Source of the DNA: Eremomyces bilateralis CBS 781.70
Taxonomy: Eukaryota
Reading direction: 5' to 3' (one strand)
NCBI GenBank assembly: GCA_010015585.1
Contig: ML975164.1
Length of the DNA stretch: 63,968 nt
In this document: positions 26,461 to 39,500 of the stretch, one piece after another
Layout of the letters: the number at the start of each line of letters is the position of its first letter
Position numbering within the stretch: the first letter of the stretch is position 1
The notes under the pieces: generated by a model
What the model was told of the DNA's origin: nothing
The model's input: the letters and a program-made list of their open reading frames with translations, nothing else
Databases searched by the model: none
Program-made: the position numbers and the translations under genes

Positions 26461-26528
26461 GCGATATATCCTTGAATGCAAACCGCGCTATATGCCGGAT
26501 ATCGTATGTTCGGCTTTCAAGCAATTGC

Positions 26529-28004
26529 TTAACATGTCATCTTCCTCAACGGCCCACTCCAACCTGGATTTTTCCATGTCATCTGCCTCCTCGATTGCCA
26601 GTCCATCCTTTTGAAGACAGCTAGATCCGGTGAAGAAAGAACATTTTCATCAAGCTGACCGCTTGCCTCCTTCTCATGAGCGACTCGTAGAGCGTGCAGT
26701 TCAAGCCCTCCCCGTATCCGTCCAATCCAGATGTCAACATCTGCACGGCTCTTCTTGAATGATTCTGTTGCCCAAATAGCACGAAGCGCTTCGCCTTTGT
26801 TCCCCAATTCAATTCCCCCCAGCTGTTCCTTAATATTAAAAAGTATATCGAGCGTCTCCTCGTTGGCGTCGATCCCTCCATGGGTCATCTCGTTCAGCAG
26901 ATTCTCAACCCGCGAGAAGTCGGAGGAAACTGCCCAGGTAATTCGGATCGTCTCGTTGTAGAGCGCGGCGGATACGCCAAGAATGTACGACGATCGTCCA
27001 ATCGATTTCATGTGCGGAAGAACAGTCATACTCAATAATGAAGTAGGAAACGTTTGTTTCAAAACCCGGACCGCGTGGAGGAGAAGATGAGGATAGGAAT
27101 AACTCAGGGAGGGTGGGATAGCTTTGAAGACTTCTTGATTCGGACGTTTCTCGTCCATTGCATCCTCTTGCGACGCTTCTACAATCTTAGCCCTTCCCTT
27201 CGCCTTTTTCTTTTCTTTGGTCTTCGAGGTCTTCGTCTTGGACTTGTTTTTGGAGCTAGCTTCACCATCAAGATCTAGCTTCGCTATCGGTCCGAAGACT
27301 TGGGTTTCGAGAACCTGCCATAATTTGGCATCCGTCGATGCGGTTTCAAGCAGCTTTTGCACCCGCTCCACGTGCTTGACTTTCTCTTTAGCTAGATTCC
27401 GAACTTCCGATTCGGGTTCTGGAGCAGTCTCGACCTTGGAGTCTGTTGATTCCGCCGGTTTGAACGGAGTATTTTGCTCGCGCGGTAATGGAAGTTTCCC
27501 GGCTGCCTGGCGCGCCATCGGACGAAGCGACTCGGGGAATTGCTGGACAAATGCCTGGGAGCCTAACGCATCGGTCTGGCATGTGCTGACTTTTCCTGTC
27601 CCGCCCACCTGCGGCATCTTAAGCGTATTAGATACCGCATTTTTCTCTACCATTTGCTGGAATAGCTTTGCGAATATCTTCTCTTCTTTAGGTGTGATCG
27701 TTGCGGTGGATGGTGGAGATCGTATGTCGTCTTGCTCTGCATCGGTCTTTGGCGGTGATCGGTTCAACTCGCCTTGATCGTTGAATTTCCTCGCAGTTGA
27801 GCTCCTACCACTCCGTATTGGTGACTGCTCATCTCTGCTGAAGTTCTTTGAGTGGCCGTATTTGGGTGTTTGGGAACTCGAGGCACGAAAACGATGTCTC
27901 TGAATTGTTGGTGTTTGATATAGGAAGGGTGTAAGTGTAGCACCCGAGAAGAACCCTCTCGACCGGTGAAGGGATTGAGATTCTATTAGACTCTTCAATG
28001 ACAT
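26529..28004 (-). CDS. MTF2: Mtf2-like mitochondrial RNA/translation factor
   Basis: Presequence-like N-terminus with TLTPFLYQT. C-terminal YPHLLLHAVRVL..SYILGVSAALYNE..LLNEMTHGGIDANEET resembles the fungal Mtf2 C-terminal domain. Confidence 0.6.
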   Translation of the reverse strand: MSLKSLIESQSLHRSRGFFSGATLTPFLYQTPTIQRHRFRASSSQTPKYGHSKNFSRDEQSPIRSGRSSTARKFNDQGELNRSPPKTDAEQDDIRSPPSTATITPKEEKIFAKLFQQMVEKNAVSNTLKMPQVGGTGKVSTCQTDALGSQAFVQQFPESLRPMARQAAGKLPLPREQNTPFKPAESTDSKVETAPEPESEVRNLAKEKVKHVERVQKLLETASTDAKLWQVLETQVFGPIAKLDLDGEASSKNKSKTKTSKTKEKKKAKGRAKIVEASQEDAMDEKRPNQEVFKAIPPSLSYSYPHLLLHAVRVLKQTFPTSLLSMTVLPHMKSIGRSSYILGVSAALYNETIRITWAVSSDFSRVENLLNEMTHGGIDANEETLDILFNIKEQLGGIELGNKGEALRAIWATESFKKSRADVDIWIGRIRGGLELHALRVAHEKEASGQLDENVLSSPDLAVFKRMDWQSRRQMTWKNPGWSGPLRKMTC

Positions 28005-28439
28005 CTCTTTTAATGATAACCACCAAGCCTGTGGGACATCTTTCGAAGTTGTTGAATCCAAATCTAAAAACTCAACTTCCAATGACGCGAAAATCAAGAC
28101 GCGACGTCGCGACGTTCGCTGGTTAATATTCGGTATCGTCACTGATTGGTCAACCGGTCACTACCCAGAAGTTAAAGATCACCACGACAAAGTCGTATTT
28201 CCAACCTGGTCGAAAACATTCGAACGTTACCACCACAGCTAACTAGTTTGCTTTAGGCGTTAGTTAGCATATTTTCCTACAACTTAGCAGAGATTGCGGC
28301 AATAGTGCTCACGGACGCAAAGGTGATGAATACATGGCTCCTCTAGACACAACCCGAGGCACAGTATTCCTCGAGCGCCTATAGTTTTAATGTTAGATTC
28401 ATTATTGAAAGACCAGAACGATCTCACTCAGTGACCCCA

Positions 28440-28794
28440 CGCAACCTATTAAGTGGAAGTTTATTGCCTATCTCTTTCTTCAAGCTCATAAGTCAAAAGC
28501 ATAGTTTGGGTCAATAAATAGCCAGGGAAAGGTTTCAAAAGCCTTGCGCTACTCTACGTGTAGGATGTTTGCGTTAGCCAGGTGGTATACTTTAGGACTA
28601 TCAATTTCTTCCTCTAGACGCGATTTTTCATCAAAGTCAAGTGCGGTTTGCGAAGCGGTAAGAAACATCCCAGTGTCCTTCAAGTCTTTCAATTTCTCCA
28701 TGCCCTTGAGATGGTCCCATTGGCGGGCTCGATTGAAACTTTCGTGGCATGTCTGGCTGAACTCCATCATCATCTCAAAGTCGTCGTACGACAT
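28440..28794 (-). pseudogene. Possible degraded coding relic of unknown family
   Basis: 81-aa ORF whose protein-like reading continues past a TAG (..HVE*RKAFETFPWLFIDPNYAFDL*). No family recognised. Confidence 0.25.
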
Positions 28795-29039
28795 CTACGA
28801 ACAGTCTTTGCTCTTCATAGAAACACCTGCCAACCATGATATCTCTTAATACCAGGGACTGAATACGAATGGGCTCTGGCTCGAATCGGCAAATTATCAA
28901 GACAGAGCACGCATGGACGAAAGTCATCGTGGAAAGTGTGGACTACTTCATTGAATTTCGGACCCAAAATGTAGGCCAACAGCTATCTTTGCTGCCCTCC
29001 CGTTATTGCTCGTCAACTTAGGATAATATGCGTCTCTCC

Positions 29040-29682
29040 TCAGATACATTTCTTCTTCTTATACGTCAGACTGTCGATCATCAGCCCCGTATAGTTGCAG
29101 GTGCCGTCAATCTCGACGCTGGTGAAATCCAGCGACGTCAAGTCTTTCCATCCCCCACCAAAGTCGACCTTCAGCATCTTAAAGGGGGTCGGGTTCTCCA
29201 ACTTCGGATAGATGATCTTTCGCTCAACATGCCCACCACGCTTCTTGATCCCACGCAGCTTGATATGACAGTCGTCCTGCGGAAATCCGCTGCTGCAAGC
29301 GACATATAGGGACTGGAGGTCAAAGCTTTCTCCAGGATTTTCCACTGATATGGTGCGAGGCTTAGTGCAGTCGAAGGAAATCGCATGGTTAGGCGGAGAT
29401 ACCTCAGCGATGAGATTCTCGTCGGTGTTCTGCAGCCGTGTCAGCAAAATGGAGCTGACGGCGACTCACGCATATAAAACTTGCCACATAGAACAAATCG
29501 TATGTCAGTCCTCGATAAGTCCCTACAGGTGTCGGTGGCAGCTCGGTGAAAGGCAAATCATCGTAATCCGCTGTCCACGGATTGGGCCAACCGATTGGAG
29601 CACATATCTCCCCCCCTTCGGCTTGCGGTGCAGCGAAGGCGAAAGAGACCAGAAGCAGCGTCAGGGCTGGTACGGAGAGCAT
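29040..29682 (-). CDS. Small secreted cysteine-containing protein (effector-like); one intron with acceptor at 29430
   Basis: Signal peptide MLSVPALTLLLVSFAFAAP. Exon 2 (NTDENLIAEVSPPNHAI..FDLQSLYVAC..MIDSLTY) joins in frame after GCTGAC..CAG. About 195 aa with several Cys. Confidence 0.75.
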
Positions 29683-31679
29683 AGTGACTTGTTGAGGATC
29701 CTCTTGAGGATATTCTGTCGTCCGATAATCTTGCTATAACAATGAAGGTGGAAAGACCTTGAGCTCCATTGTCTAGGTTTAGCTGATTTTATACCCTTGC
29801 ATCTCTGCGTAGGCGACATGACTTCACTCTCCTTACTTACCTTTTGGAGTGAAGACATGTCAATATTCCCCAAGTTATACGGCATTCCAGCTATATATAG
29901 AACGGTATTGGAACGTCGTATTCTAGGACCATTCCGTTCTGTTTACTGATTGGATGGAAATTGAAGATCCGCAATTTGAAACTCCTGATCTGGATAGCCT
30001 TTGTGAATACGAGCTGAGGGAGACTGCAACATCGAGATCTCCTGACACTTGTGTCCGATAATAAGAACTGGTTGGATAGATATTTGTATAACATATCCAC
30101 TTCCGTCATGCATTCCATTGCGGGAGCGAATGTCACGGATAACTTCCCAGGACCAGTCCTTGTCTCAACCCAAGACAATTAATTAACCAAGGCATCGAGG
30201 ATGGTCATTTCTAAAATGATGTAAACCAAGCAAGGGATTTTCTTGTCATCGACGGTGCCATTGCATGCCAAGCATGAAGGCGAATCTGCCCAAGAGCCAC
30301 ACGATACGCAATGCCTACATCCCGACTGATCCGAATCACGTTGCACAGACGTACTCCGTGACTAGGAACATCGAGATTTTGCTATACTGTCGAGTCGAAT
30401 ATGTAGTTGCCAGTATGCCTCTCGCGATCTTCAAACGGTATACTGATTGGAGAAGAGGATGAACTCTGCGTCCACCGTTCTGCCGATGACTAAAGATTCA
30501 GTGTTTCGAGCCAGGAACACAGTAACCCATATTCCCATGCGAAATCCTCTTGGAAGGGGTCTTGTCCAGAGAGCAATCCGTGCGGATGAACTTTATTGCA
30601 GACCCATACCTTGATAGACGATAAACTTAGCTATCTCCGAGTCGTGTCGAAATCAGGAGCGCAATAAATCGATGTAACGTGCTCCATCTGGTCCGAGCCG
30701 CCTAAGTCTCGCCCAGGTACTTGATTTTATCTGACGTGAGATACTACATAGTCGATGTCTTTAATTGGTGCATTTAGGGTATCAATCATTCGGTTGGTCG
30801 AAACGGCATTCTTTGGAAGTCTCAATGTACACGTGATTGATAAGGGGCAAGTTGTCATTTACCTCGATAGTAATAACTCCAAATGTTTCGTAGGCCCGGC
30901 CATCCTTTCGCTCGTATTCCTGTCGACTGATACTTATAGGAACAACACCAATCCATGGGTGCGCGTAGTATAGCAATGCTTAATTATATGGTGTAGCATC
31001 TGAACTGAACCGTTCCATCCAATCCACAACCATGAACGAATGGTGTGGTGGTCAATTAATGCCATCGGGCAGTGTAACAGACATTGTGAGAGACTGATTG
31101 AGAAGGCATAAAAACAAGATAAATACAACGTACATATATGTCACAAGCAATAAACTCAAACGGCTTGGAGAAGAGAAAGTAGTTAAGAGACGCAAGTGGC
31201 TTGGGGGGTGGAATATGATGCCCCAGCTAAAAAACAAGAGCGAAGATAAACCTCTGGACGATAATAGACCAAGGATCTTGAATTGCACGTACACCATGCC
31301 CATGTTGTAAACTCGTCTTCACAACTATAAATTATAAGTGTCAACAGGGATCCATTGGATAGGTTGAAACGACATTCTCTCCAAAAACGCAGTGGTTATG
31401 CAGTCGAGTTATGGGCAGTATCAAAGACATCGCGGTGTCTTGGTGATATGTTGGATTGCAATTGTTGTGAGGAGACCCACGATGCAAGCGGATGCCAGCG
31501 GATGGAATAGTCGAGGACCACTCACCAGACACAATGATGGCCATTGTTTCTATCATTAATACATATGTTGATCATAATGTGTTGATCATAATGCGAAGGG
31601 CGAGCAACAGAACCCGAAACGCAACAGAAGGAGCAGTCAATTCGATGTTGGGAAATGTGGGTTCCCAAGTCATGTGACA

Positions 31680-31717
31680 ACGCGTTTCTCATCGCCATCT
31701 TCAGTCCCTCGACGCGT
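31680..31717. promoter_or_regulatory. Two MCB boxes (ACGCGT) upstream of RAD54
   Basis: ACGCGT at 31680-31685 and 31712-31717, 140-180 bp before the start codon. MBF control of repair genes is known in yeasts. Confidence 0.45.
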
Positions 31718-31856
31718 CCCTCCAGACGCCCCAACTCCTCGTCCATCTCCATCCCGTCCCAGTTCATTCGCTCGCCACGCCGCCTGATCTGCCTCGACGC
31801 TGTCTTCCTGTCTTCCCGTAATCCCTTTTGGACAATTGCATGGTCTCTCCACAATC

Positions 31857-34507
31857 ATGTACGTTGACTCTTCAATAATGGGAAATTTACTGTTGCTGAT
31901 TATCGACACAGGCATCGGCCGAAGGCGGTTGTCATCCCTCGCCTCGATCAAGAGAACATCCCCCCGGGACAGCTAGCCAAACCTATCAAATCCCAACGTC
32001 TATATGGAGGCTCCTCGCAAAGCCTTGACCGTCTCGTCAAACCCTTCAAATGTCCTGGCTCTGCAACGGTAAGCCGAACTTCCGTAAAGCCGGCCAGGAA
32101 GCGGCGCAAGATCGACTACACGGAAGATGGCGGCGATGTACCGGATTCCGATTCGGCATATAGTGAGAATTTGGCCAAGCTTCAGGCACGGTTGGAAGGC
32201 AACAAGTTTCCCGTCTTCAAAGTGAAAGACAAGGACACCACGTTCCGAGCAAGATTCAGCGTCCCGCTTTTGAACAAAGACACTGGAGGATGGAATCCAC
32301 AGCGAGGAGCACCTCTTCTTGGGATGAGGCAAGGCAGAGTCTTCGTTGCTCGACCGCTACATGATCCGAGTGGTGAATTCTCGATCGTTCTCTTCGATCC
32401 GACAGTCGACGGGAAACCGGAACCCAAGAAGATCGAGGAGAAGGAAGAGGAAGAAAAGGACCAGATCAAGGTGGACGCTCCCCTCGTGCATAAGAGCTTA
32501 GCGGAAATATTGGGGTTGAAGAAGACGGTGGAAGAGCATCCTCAAGTTCCGGTTGTTATTGACCCACGTTTGGCAAAAGTTTTGAGACCACATCAAGTGG
32601 AAGGAGTAAAGGTAAATTTCTCTCAATGTTGGATGAAAGTCTACTAACGTGCCCTAGTTCCTTTACTCATGTGTCACTGGCATGGTCGATGAAAATGCAC
32701 ATGGCTGCATCATGGCTGACGAGATGGGGCTGGGGAAGACGGTAAGCATGTGCGCTTAAGAGAGTGGCAATCGTGTTAATTCGGACTAGTTGCAATGCAT
32801 CACCCTCTTATGGACCCTCCTCAAGCAGTCACCAGATGCAGGAAAGCCAACCATAGAGAAATGCGTGATTGCCTGTCCATCAAGCCTGGTCAAGAACTGG
32901 GCAAACGAGCTGGTGAAATGGCTCGGGAAAGATGCGATCCATCCGTTCGCCATTGATGGAAAACTTCCAAAAGAGGAATTAATCCAGCAGCTACGTCAGT
33001 GGTCCATTGCCACTGGACGAGCAGTCATCCGCCCCGTTATCATTGTCTCATATGAGACGCTACGACTATATGCCGAGGAACTCAAGAGCACACCCATTGG
33101 CCTTCTTCTCTGCGATGAAGGTCATCGACTCAAAAATGACGAGAGCCGGACGTTTACTGCCCTGACCGGTCTGAATGTCCAGCGCCGAGTCATTCTCTCC
33201 GGGACGCCGATTCAAAACGATTTATCCGAATATTTTGCACTCCTCAACTTCGCTAATCCTAACTATCTCGGAACGAGAATGGAGTTTCGCAAGAAGTTCG
33301 AGATCCCCATTCTCCGCGGTCGCGATGCTGATGGCACGGAAGTCGACCGAGAGAAAGGAGATCAGGCCACTTCAGAGCTTCTCGGGTTGGTAAACAAGTT
33401 CATCATCCGGCGAACCAACGACATTCTCAGCAAGTATCTACCGGTGAAGTATGAACATGTCGTCTTCTGTAACCTAGCGCCATTCCAAAAGGATCTCTAT
33501 AACCTCTTCATCCAATCGCCCGAGATCAAGAGTTTGCTCCGTGGAAAGGGGAGCCAGCCGCTCGTTGCTATTGGGCTTCTCAAGAAGCTGTGCAATCATC
33601 CGGATCTGCTAGCCTTACCGCACGATCTCCCCGGATCGGAAGACACCTTCCCAGAAGACTTTGTTCCAAAAGATTCCCGCGGTCGGGACAGGGATGTAAA
33701 GTCGTGGTATTCTGGGAAGATGGTGGTTCTCGACCGGTGAGTATGCAATCCCTTGAACTGCGGATATAGACTGACTGTTATAGAATGCTGGCAAGAATCC
33801 GACAGGATACGAACGATAAGATCGTGCTGATTTCCAATTACTCCAAGACCCTGGATATATTCGAGAGGCTTTGCCGATCTCGAGGCTACGGCTCCTTCCG
33901 TCTCGATGGTAGCATGAACGTCAGCAAGCGACAGAAGCTCGTAGACAGATTCAACGATCCCGAAGGCGAAGAATTCGTCTTCCTGCTCTCCAGCAAAGCC
34001 GGTGGATGCGGCCTCAATCTCATCGGAGCCAACCGCCTCATCCTCTTCGATCCCGACTGGAATCCCGCGGCCGATCAGCAGGCATTGGCTCGCGTGTGGC
34101 GCGACGGGCAGAAGAAAGACTGCTTCGTCTACCGCTTCATCGCGACGGGGACGATTGAAGAGAAGATTTTCCAGCGGCAATCGCACAAGCAAGCGCTCTC
34201 CACCTGCGTCGTGGACTCCGGGGAGGACGTGGAGCGACATTTCAGTTTAGGTTCGCTTCGTGAGCTGTTCCAGTATCAGCCGCACACGACGAGCGATACG
34301 CATGACACGTTCAAGTGTAAGCGATGCAACAAGGATGGTCAGCAGCATATCAAGTCGCAGGCGATGCTCTACGGTGACACCAGTACTTGGAATCACTTCG
34401 TGAATAGCGGGCAGAGCGGGCCGCTGGGAAAGATCCAGGACCTTCTGCTTCGTCAAGAGACGGAGCAAGGGGACGTCAGTGCGGTGTTCCAATATATCAG
34501 CCACTAA
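31857..34507 (+). CDS. RAD54: DNA repair and recombination SNF2 ATPase Rad54; introns about 31859-31911, 32612-32656, 32742-32789, 33737-33783
   Basis: Rad54_N motif [107 protein letters not shown]. Confidence 0.97.
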
Positions 34508-34597
34508 TGATTACTCGAGGGGAATGAGGGGATGACTTCAGATTGTTAGCATTTGGTTAGGCGCATTGGTTAGGCGCATTGTATAGACAGCGACACG

Positions 34598-36251
34598 CTA
34601 ATCCAATTCATCCTCGTCCAACGAACTCTCTGTCTCTGTTTCGGCCGCTTTCTTCCTCCCCCTCCCTGTCCCAGCTGACTTCTTCGCCGCCTTATCGTCC
34701 CTTCGTCGAACCTGGTCTTCCACCCTATCCCTCTCGGCCGCCCCCTCCGCAGCCAACCGCGTCTCCATCTCTTCAAACTCCCGACTCTCCACATCCATCC
34801 CCCGCAGCTGTTCCAGCAACTTGATCTCCCGTGCCCAGATCCCTTTATCCTCCACCGCCTTCGCCTTCTTCACCGGACCCTTCTTCTTCCCACTCTCCGC
34901 TTCCCCACCACCCACCAGCTCCGCCTTCACTGGCACGTCAATCGGCGTCTCCAACACCAACGGCAGCCCATGAAACCGCCCATCATTCACCAAGTTCCAA
35001 AACGCCCGCAGCCCCAGAAACCCTGTCCCGATATTCGCGTGCAAATCCCGCGCGCTCCCCAGCGGCGCCTTCGAGTCGTTGATATGCGCGGCCTTCAGGT
35101 ACTCCTTCCCAACAATCGTATCGAACCGCTTCATCGTCGATTGATACGCATCTGGCGTGCGGACATCGTAGCCTGCGGCGAAGATGTGGCAGGTATCCAA
35201 ACACACCCCCACTCTCTCCTTCTTCTCAATCAGCGCGATAATATCGCGTAGATCCTCGAACGTGCTCCCGAGGGTATTCTTCCCGCCCGCCATCGTCTCC
35301 AGTAGCGTAATGACGTCCCCTGTGGCCGGGTCCTGATGCGCCCTGTTCATCTGCGCCGCCAGATGGCGAATCGCGCTCGCCCGATCCGGTGCGCCGGCAC
35401 TGTTTCCCGGATGGAAGTTATACAGCCGAATCCCTAGCTTCTCGCACCGCGACAGATCATCTACGAAGCTCTCATACGCCTGCTTCGTCCGAGCGGGGTC
35501 CGGGTGCGCGAGATTAACGAGATACGAGCCGTGCGGGACGATGTGCACCCCCGCGTCGTATTTATGGTGTGAGCATGCGGAGGTGAAGAGGGGTGGGATG
35601 GTAGGATCGAGGGGCGGGTTCGCCCATTTGCGTTGGGATTTGAGGAAGAGGGCGAAGCTGTTGGCGCCGACGTGAAGGGCGTTGGGGATGGAGTTGTGGA
35701 CGCCTGGAGGATTAGCGAGAGAGGGGAGAGGAGGGATGGGACTTACCGCCGGCACCGCTCACATGGGCACCTATAAGAAGTTGACTGCCGATGGTTCGGG
35801 CGGCGAGGGGGGGCATTTCTTCTTCCTTTTGCTTCTTGGTCTTCCGCTTGGGCTTCGTGATGGGTTGTACTTCCTCGTCGACGATCGCTTCCTGATCTTG
35901 AACAACGGGTGTCTTCTTCGCCCTTGATGACCGCTTCTTCACATTCGCTTCCTTAGTTATATCGGCTTCCGCTACTACCGGAGTCTCTTGCTTGATGCTT
36001 GTTCTGGAGCGATGTAGAGTTCTAGTGGATTTTTCGGGAACAACACTCGTCTTCTTGACATCTATATCCACTACGGCCGCAGCTTTCGTGCGTTTGGAGC
36101 TTCGAGATGGAGGTTCTGCTCCAACCTTGCGCTTCCGGCTCTGCGACGAGTGTTTCGTCTCGATTTCTTCAGACGCGACGGAGGTTATGGACTCGGGCTC
36201 AGGGGCATCAGCGGACATGGAGGAGAGAGATGAAGATGAGGAACGAGGCAT
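34598..36251 (-). CDS. APN1: AP endonuclease Apn1 (endonuclease IV family); intron about 35704-35746
   Basis: IGAHVSGAG|GVHNS, FALFLKSQRKW, PHGSYLVNL, YNFHPG, LLETMAG, GVCLDTCHIFAAGYD, HINDSKAPLGSARDLHANIGTG, LVLETP. Confidence 0.96.
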
Positions 36252-36559
36252 GGTGGATGTTCAAGCCATTGGTATTGTGATGGGACTTGACAGAAATTAC
36301 GGACTGTCCTGAAAGGTTTTAATGTACGAATTGGTTCCTGAAGTTAGTATCACTAAGTTCGATGCAATGATGGACTCTGGTATCGCGAAGTCGCGTATAT
36401 AAACCAGACAGGGATTGTCATCTGTTATCGATAAGCGGCCCACCTTCGACATTTGAATTTTTGGAGACTCCCGCAACTCTGCCCCCGAAACCTTGATATA
36501 CCCCATTCTTGCGCATTCGACTACGATTAACCTACTCACGGTCATTCATATCATTCAGT

Positions 36560-37812
36560 ATGGCAAAAACAAAAAAGAAGTCCGGCTCGGGTTTGGGCCC
36601 AGCCTTCGGTGGCGTCTCCAAGTCCACCAAACCCCCCAAGGCATCCCACAGCATCTTCAAGATGAACACAGATATCGGCCAGCATATCCTCAAAAACCCC
36701 GGTATCGCGCAAGCGATTGTCGATAAATCAGACCTCAAACAAAGCGATGTATGTTCTCCTCTTGTTCATCTCCTATATACACCCCCTAACACCTCCAGGT
36801 CGTCCTCGAAATTGGTCCCGGCTCCGGAAACCTCTCCCTCCCCATCCTCGCCCGCTGCGCCCGCCTCACCGCCATCGAACTTGACCCCCGCATGGCCGCC
36901 GAACTCACCAAGCGCGTCCAAGGTACCCCCTACGCCGCCAAACTCACCCTCCTCCTCGGCGACGTCATCAAACGCCCCGCCCTCCCCTACTCCGACGTCA
37001 TCATTTCCAACACCCCTTACCAGATCTCTTCGCCGCTGGTCTTTAAGATCCTCGGCATGGACGCGCCGCCGCGGTGCGCGGTGCTCATGTTCCAGAGGGA
37101 GTTCGCGCAGCGCTTGTTTGCGAACCCGGGGGATAAGCTGTACAGTCGGCTGAGTGCAAACGTGCAGATGTGGGCGCATGTGCAGAATGTGATGAAAGTA
37201 GGGAAAAATAACTTCAGCCCGCCGCCGATGGTGGAAAGCAGCGTGGTGCGAATCGTGCCGAAGCGGCCGCGGCCGCAGATTAGCTACGAAGAGTGGGATG
37301 GGATGTTGAGGGTGTGCTTCTCGCGGAAGAACAAGACGCTGCGGGCGGCATTCGCGGTGGAAGGCGTGGTTGCGGGTCTAGTGGAGAATTGGAGGACGTG
37401 GTGCGCGGTGAATGGGATGCCGGTGGAAGACGATGAGGGAGATGTGGCGATGGGGGCGGATGCTGGGTTCGCACCTGGGATAAGCGAAGGGGGTGTTAGC
37501 ACGGCGCAGGAAGATGAATGGCATGGATTTGCGGAGGAGGCGAATGGGGACGATATGGATGTCGATGGCGTCGATAAGGAGGTGGATGATGAGTTGCCCG
37601 CGTTCATGGCCCGGCAATTGACGGGGAAGTCCGCGACGAGGGATCGGAAAAAGCAGAAAAAGACGAAGTTGTGGGCGAAGGTGAAGGAGAAGATAAGGAA
37701 GGTTTTGGAGGACGATACGGAGTTGGCAGAGAAGCGAGCGAGGACTTGCGATCAGGGGGAGTTTCTTAAGCTTCTGTATGCCTTCAATCAGGAGGGCATA
37801 CATTTCAATTAA
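36560..37812 (+). CDS. DIM1: 18S rRNA dimethyladenosine transferase Dim1; intron about 36748-36798
   Basis: [87 protein letters not shown]. Confidence 0.96.
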
Positions 37813-38006
37813 GCTCCTCCCAGAGCCCTGGTCGAAGATACCCTTTTCATGAAAGTTGACAATACAGCTGCCTTCGATTCGTGGGTATACCTGTCTGAAT
37901 GCACTCTCTACTATGATGTATCATTATGTCCAAATTCCGACACTATCCTGTCCATGCCGGTCGTTTCTCATAAATCCTGCCCCCTATCTCTCCGCCATGG
38001 AGAATG

Positions 38007-39500
38007 TTAAGAAAGCATGAACCAACCTGCCAGCGACCAGAGTACCATTATCAATACCATCAAAAACCATGCGCCACCCTTATCTGCACTCGTCATCGGC
38101 CTAGTAAGCAAATTCGAAGTGCTTCCACCTCCTCCCCCGCTTCCACCGGATCCGGCCCCTGGATCTCCGGTACTGTTACCCCCCGTGTTTGCCGTGAACG
38201 GCGCACGCGTGCTGTCTATCAACAGATTCTGAATCACACTCAGGGCGCTCATTTGCTCGCCCACACCATTGAGCCCGTCGAAGACTTTCTCGTACCATTT
38301 GCGACCACACCACTCGCCCTGTGGGCCGCCGGTACATTGGCCCGCGGCCCCCTGCGCGGACGTTTCCATCAACGGCCTGATGCGGTCTCGAGTGAAAGGG
38401 GCGAGTTGGCTCGCGATCGCGAGCCAGCGGGAGAAATACGCTTTGAAGGAGGGTTGGTCGACGTTGCATGTCTCGGCTGGTTCGCAAGCCATTTCGACGA
38501 GGATCTTGCCGCCGTATTCTTCGGGATACATGACTTCGACGGCGTCGAGGAGTTTGGTCAGGTGGTTTCCCCAGACGTCGGAGCCGTTGGTGAAATTATA
38601 CAACTGTCTCGCATGTTAGCTCGCCCGGGGATGTAGAAGGGAATATAGAACGCACATATGCACTCCCGGCAATCAGATTACCGTAATTATACGTCCATTC
38701 CAAAATGGTTGGATTGGTACAATTGTCCTCGACATCGCCGCCATCGTACACCCGATACTCATCATCGATCATTTTGATATCCAGTAGCCAATCGAATGCC
38801 TTCTCCGCCAATTCCGCATATGTCTGGTTCCCCGTGTAGCGCGCCAGCCGCGCACCCATCTGAAAGAAACAGCTGTTCGATATCGTGTTCTTGTAGTTGT
38901 ATCCGTTGTTCCATGTGAAGATCTGCCAGCGGAGACCGCCTCCGCAATGCTGGGTGTCCCATCTCGACGCCTGCTGGTTGAAGACTGATTGAGCGAGTGC
39001 GAGCCAGGATGGCTTGTCTGGTGGTGGGTTGGGGTAGTTATATTCGGCTGCATCGAGGACCGCGAAGGCCCAGAAGGCTTGGTCGTCGTTACCTTCGGTA
39101 CGGGATTGATTGGAGGGTAGGTAATCATTGTCGCCAATTTGATGCAGCAGTGCTTCGGTCGTGATATTGTTATAAGTGGTGTCCCCGGTTAGAGACCAGT
39201 ATTCGACCAGAGTCATAAACATTGCGCCCGCTTCCCACCAAAAGTATGGGTCGGGAAGAAGGCCGGGAATCATGCCTGTTGCATTGCCAGTGTAGAATCG
39301 TACGAGTCCGCGGGCAAGGCTGCTTGCGGCTTTCTTGATGCTAGCTGCTTGACGTGAGCAGCTGTCCAGTTTCCTGATCGTGGAGTCTACCGCAGGGAAG
39401 ACCACTTACCATCATTGCCAATCTCGATATCGATCGACAGTCCATATTGGCAGAAAAGCAGCAGTGATAACACCGTTCTCCAGACACCGTTTGACCACAT
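38007..39500 (-). CDS. GH76 mannan endo-1,6-alpha-mannosidase (Dcw1/Dfg5 family), predicted GPI-anchored; two introns
   Basis: Signal peptide MWSNGVWRTVLSLLLF; YFWWEAGAM; EGNDDQAFW; CGGGLRWQIF..YKNTISN; DQPSFKAYFSRW; GVGEQMSAL; C-terminal ADKGGAWFL hydrophobic tail. Confidence 0.93.

Noticed and set aside
30265..31560. Several 60-80-aa ORFs upstream of RAD54
   Set aside because: No motif or convincing splice structure; cannot be supported as genes.
31857..37812. RAD54-APN1-DIM1 as a functional DNA-repair cluster
   Set aside because: Adjacency of two repair genes in convergent orientation is easily chance synteny; no shared regulatory evidence seen.
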